Positions 62,047 through 64,000 of a stretch of 64,000 bases of DNA are shown here, piece after piece (within the stretch, counting starts at the first letter, position 1; every line of letters begins with the position of its first letter). The notes below the pieces were generated by a model. The model ran no database searches and was not told the origin of the DNA. It was given only the letters and a program-made list of their open reading frames with translations. The position numbers were made by a program, and so were the translations under genes. Origin of the DNA: Pyrinomonadaceae bacterium (GTDB lineage: Bacteria; Acidobacteriota; Blastocatellia; Pyrinomonadales; Pyrinomonadaceae). The stretch spans positions 142,079 to 206,078 of the forward strand of contig DASQPD010000188.1 of NCBI GenBank assembly GCA_035644135.1. The letters are read 5' to 3'.

Positions 62047-62879
62047 TGAACCAAGCTGATCGATTGCGCCGGCTGAATAGTGCTGTCATGACAACGCTGA
62101 CGGCGGTCTGCACTTTTGTCGCGGTCGGCATACTGGCAGTCATTCTGGGGTACATAGCCTGGCGAGGAATCGGCGCCGTAAATCTTCGTTTCCTAATCGA
62201 AAGTCCGCAGCCGGTTGGTGAGGGGGGAGGTATCGGGAACGCGATACTGGGCACTCTCATCCTTTTGCTGCTCTCCTCCGCCATTGGCTTGCCGCTCGGG
62301 ATTGCAACTGGAGTTTACTTGTCGGAGTTTGGTACTGGTCGGTTTGGCAGCGCCGTTCGCTTTGTTGCCGACACGATGACCGGAACTCCGTCAATCGTCG
62401 TAGGCGTCTTCGCCTATGCCGTTGTGGTTCTGCCTTTAAAGCACTTCTCGGCTCTGGCAGGCGGCATCGCGCTGGCAATAATAATGATTCCCATCGTCTC
62501 GAGAACCACCGAGGAAATGATCAGGCTGGTTCCACAAAGTCTGCGCGAGGGCGCTCTGGCTTTGGGAGCACCGCAATGGCGCGTAACCCTGGGTATCGTG
62601 ATTCCCGCCGCCTCGTCAGGAATTGTGACGGGGGCAATGCTCGCCATCGCTCGCGTGTCCGGTGAGACTGCCCCGCTCCTGTTTACAGCTTTTGGCAGCC
62701 GGTTCTTCAGCTATTATCTGGATCAACCGATTGCCTCGCTGACTGTGCAGATCTACAACTATGCGATCTCACCCTACGACGAATGGCATGCTCAGGCGTG
62801 GGCCGCCACCCTCGTCCTGATGTCGATCATCCTGACCATCAACATTGGCGTTCGAATTTTGACGCGAAAGAGGTTTTAG
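62046..62879 (+). CDS. pstA: Phosphate ABC transporter permease PstA
   Basis: The ATG overlaps the pstC stop (TGATG). The EAA-type loop is [15 protein letters not shown]. Confidence 0.9.
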   Translation: MNQADRLRRLNSAVMTTLTAVCTFVAVGILAVILGYIAWRGIGAVNLRFLIESPQPVGEGGGIGNAILGTLILLLLSSAIGLPLGIATGVYLSEFGTGRFGSAVRFVADTMTGTPSIVVGVFAYAVVVLPLKHFSALAGGIALAIIMIPIVSRTTEEMIRLVPQSLREGALALGAPQWRVTLGIVIPAASSGIVTGAMLAIARVSGETAPLLFTAFGSRFFSYYLDQPIASLTVQIYNYAISPYDEWHAQAWAATLVLMSIILTINIGVRILTRKRF

Positions 62880-62886
62880 CTCGCAA

Positions 62887-63726
62887 ATGTCAACACCTGT
62901 TGTGAGTTTGAGACCAAATACCCGCGCGTCGGGCGGCCGGCAGGACAATAAGTCTGCGGCGGAAGGGAATCCGTCGAAGGTCACGGTTAGCGGCCTCAAT
63001 TTCTACTACGGCCGCGCGCAAGCTCTTTATGACATTTCTCTGAAGGTTCCCGAACGCATTGTAATGGCTTTTATTGGCCCCTCCGGCTGCGGCAAATCAA
63101 CGTTCCTGCGAACGCTCAACAGGATGAACGACGTAATTCCGGGCACACGCATTGAAGGAGAAATATTGATTGATGGCCAGAATGTTTATTCTCCAGGCAC
63201 CGACGTTGTGGAGCTGCGCCGTCGCGTCGGCATGGTATTTCAAAAGTCGAACCCTTTCCCCAAGTCAATTTTTGATAACGTGGCGTATGGCCTGCGAATC
63301 AATCGTTTGACCAGTGGCAGGACCGAATTGGAGGAACGTGTAGAAGAAGCGCTCAGGGACGCGGCGCTTTGGGAAGAGGTTAAGGATCGCCTGAAGCAGT
63401 CTGCGTTCAGCCTTTCGGGCGGCCAACAACAACGCTTATGTATCGCCCGCGCCCTCGCGATCCGGCCCAGCATAGTGCTCATGGATGAACCGGCCTCGGC
63501 TCTGGACCCCCTTGCGACTTCGAAAATCGAAGAGCTGATAGTAGATTTGAAGCAGCACTACACAATCGTGATTGTCACGCACAATATGCAGCAAGCCGCG
63601 CGCGTTTCTGATACCACGGCATTCTTTTTGTTAGGCAAGCTGATTGAGGTAAATTCAACCGAGAAGATGTTTACGGCTCCCAATGAGAAAGTTACTGAAG
63701 ACTACATTACCGGACGCTTTGGATAA
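62887..63726 (+). CDS. pstB: Phosphate ABC transporter ATP-binding protein
   Basis: Walker [10 protein letters not shown], signature LSGGQQQRL, Walker [13 protein letters not shown], and the H-loop VTHNM. Confidence 0.95.
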   Translation: MSTPVVSLRPNTRASGGRQDNKSAAEGNPSKVTVSGLNFYYGRAQALYDISLKVPERIVMAFIGPSGCGKSTFLRTLNRMNDVIPGTRIEGEILIDGQNVYSPGTDVVELRRRVGMVFQKSNPFPKSIFDNVAYGLRINRLTSGRTELEERVEEALRDAALWEEVKDRLKQSAFSLSGGQQQRLCIARALAIRPSIVLMDEPASALDPLATSKIEELIVDLKQHYTIVIVTHNMQQAARVSDTTAFFLLGKLIEVNSTEKMFTAPNEKVTEDYITGRFG

Positions 63727-63835
63727 GCGGATTTCGCGGATCGCTCACGAAATCACACGAAACGATAAGAAGAAGTGTTGCATTGTATGATATAGCGAGA
63801 TTCTAATCTGGAAGTTATGGAAGAAAGACAGATCA

Positions 63836-64000
63836 GTGGACTTACACAGACATCTCGATAACGATCTGAACCGGCTGCGCGATCGGGTGTTGGTGTTGGG
63901 CGGTGAGGCCGAAACTGCGATAGAGCGCGCCATGCATTCGTTGATGGAACGCGACAGCAATCTCGCTCGCGAAGTGCTGGAGCACGATGACACCATTGAC
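63836..64000 (+). CDS. phoU: Phosphate signalling regulator PhoU, 3' end cut by the window edge
   Basis: This ORF is not in the supplied track because it runs off the window. The GTG at 63836 opens VDLHRHLDNDLNRLRDRVLVLGGEAETAIERAMHSLMERDSNLAREVLEHDDTID, a typical PhoU N-terminus. The start codon is uncertain. Confidence 0.8.
   Translation, partial: MDLHRHLDNDLNRLRDRVLVLGGEAETAIERAMHSLMERDSNLAREVLEHDDTID

Noticed and set aside
63745-63996. An 83-aa minus-strand ORF at the window end.
   Set aside because: It is antisense to a plus-strand frame that encodes a textbook PhoU N-terminus directly after pstB.

Overview
The window is almost entirely plus-strand coding and looks like an Acidobacteriota-type chromosome. 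That taxonomic guess is an inference from the CarboxypepD_reg-type TonB receptor, frequent GTG/TTG starts and overall gene content. It has two parts. (1) Positions 1-44.7 kb hold a very large surface-glycan locus. It encodes a dTDP-sugar tailoring block (C-methyltransferase, three DegT aminotransferases, RmlC-like cupin, NeuD- and LbH-type acyltransferases, several methyltransferases and SDR enzymes). It also encodes scattered rmlA/B/D, a PseB-like dehydratase, an AsnB-type amidotransferase, about 6 glycosyltransferases, Wzx, a Wzc-type tyrosine kinase, a WecA-like initiating transferase with an unusual C-terminal fusion, and Wzy_C- and GT-C-like membrane proteins. A two-gene insert interrupts the locus at 15.5-20.4 kb: a secreted beta-helix protein and a 1035-aa HYR-repeat protein. 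(2) Positions 44.8-64 kb form an anion-homeostasis neighbourhood: fadD-like ligase, crcB plus DUF190, a porin, HAD, chrA, sixA, a frameshifted MIP channel plus arsC, a TonB-dependent receptor, a receiver-less OmpR/PhoB-type winged-helix protein, pstSCAB and the start of phoU. The most interesting sequence-level signals are three. First, 11-nt-periodic direct repeats with a GTTCA core (PHO-box-like) recur upstream of the porin, an HExxH protein, the TonB receptor and pstS. Second, a 1.2-kb gene-poor stretch carries a ~209-nt near-perfect hairpin. Third, a two-copy nested-palindrome element occurs, and one copy supplies the stop codon of a glycosyltransferase. All homology calls were made by eye from motifs; no searches were run.
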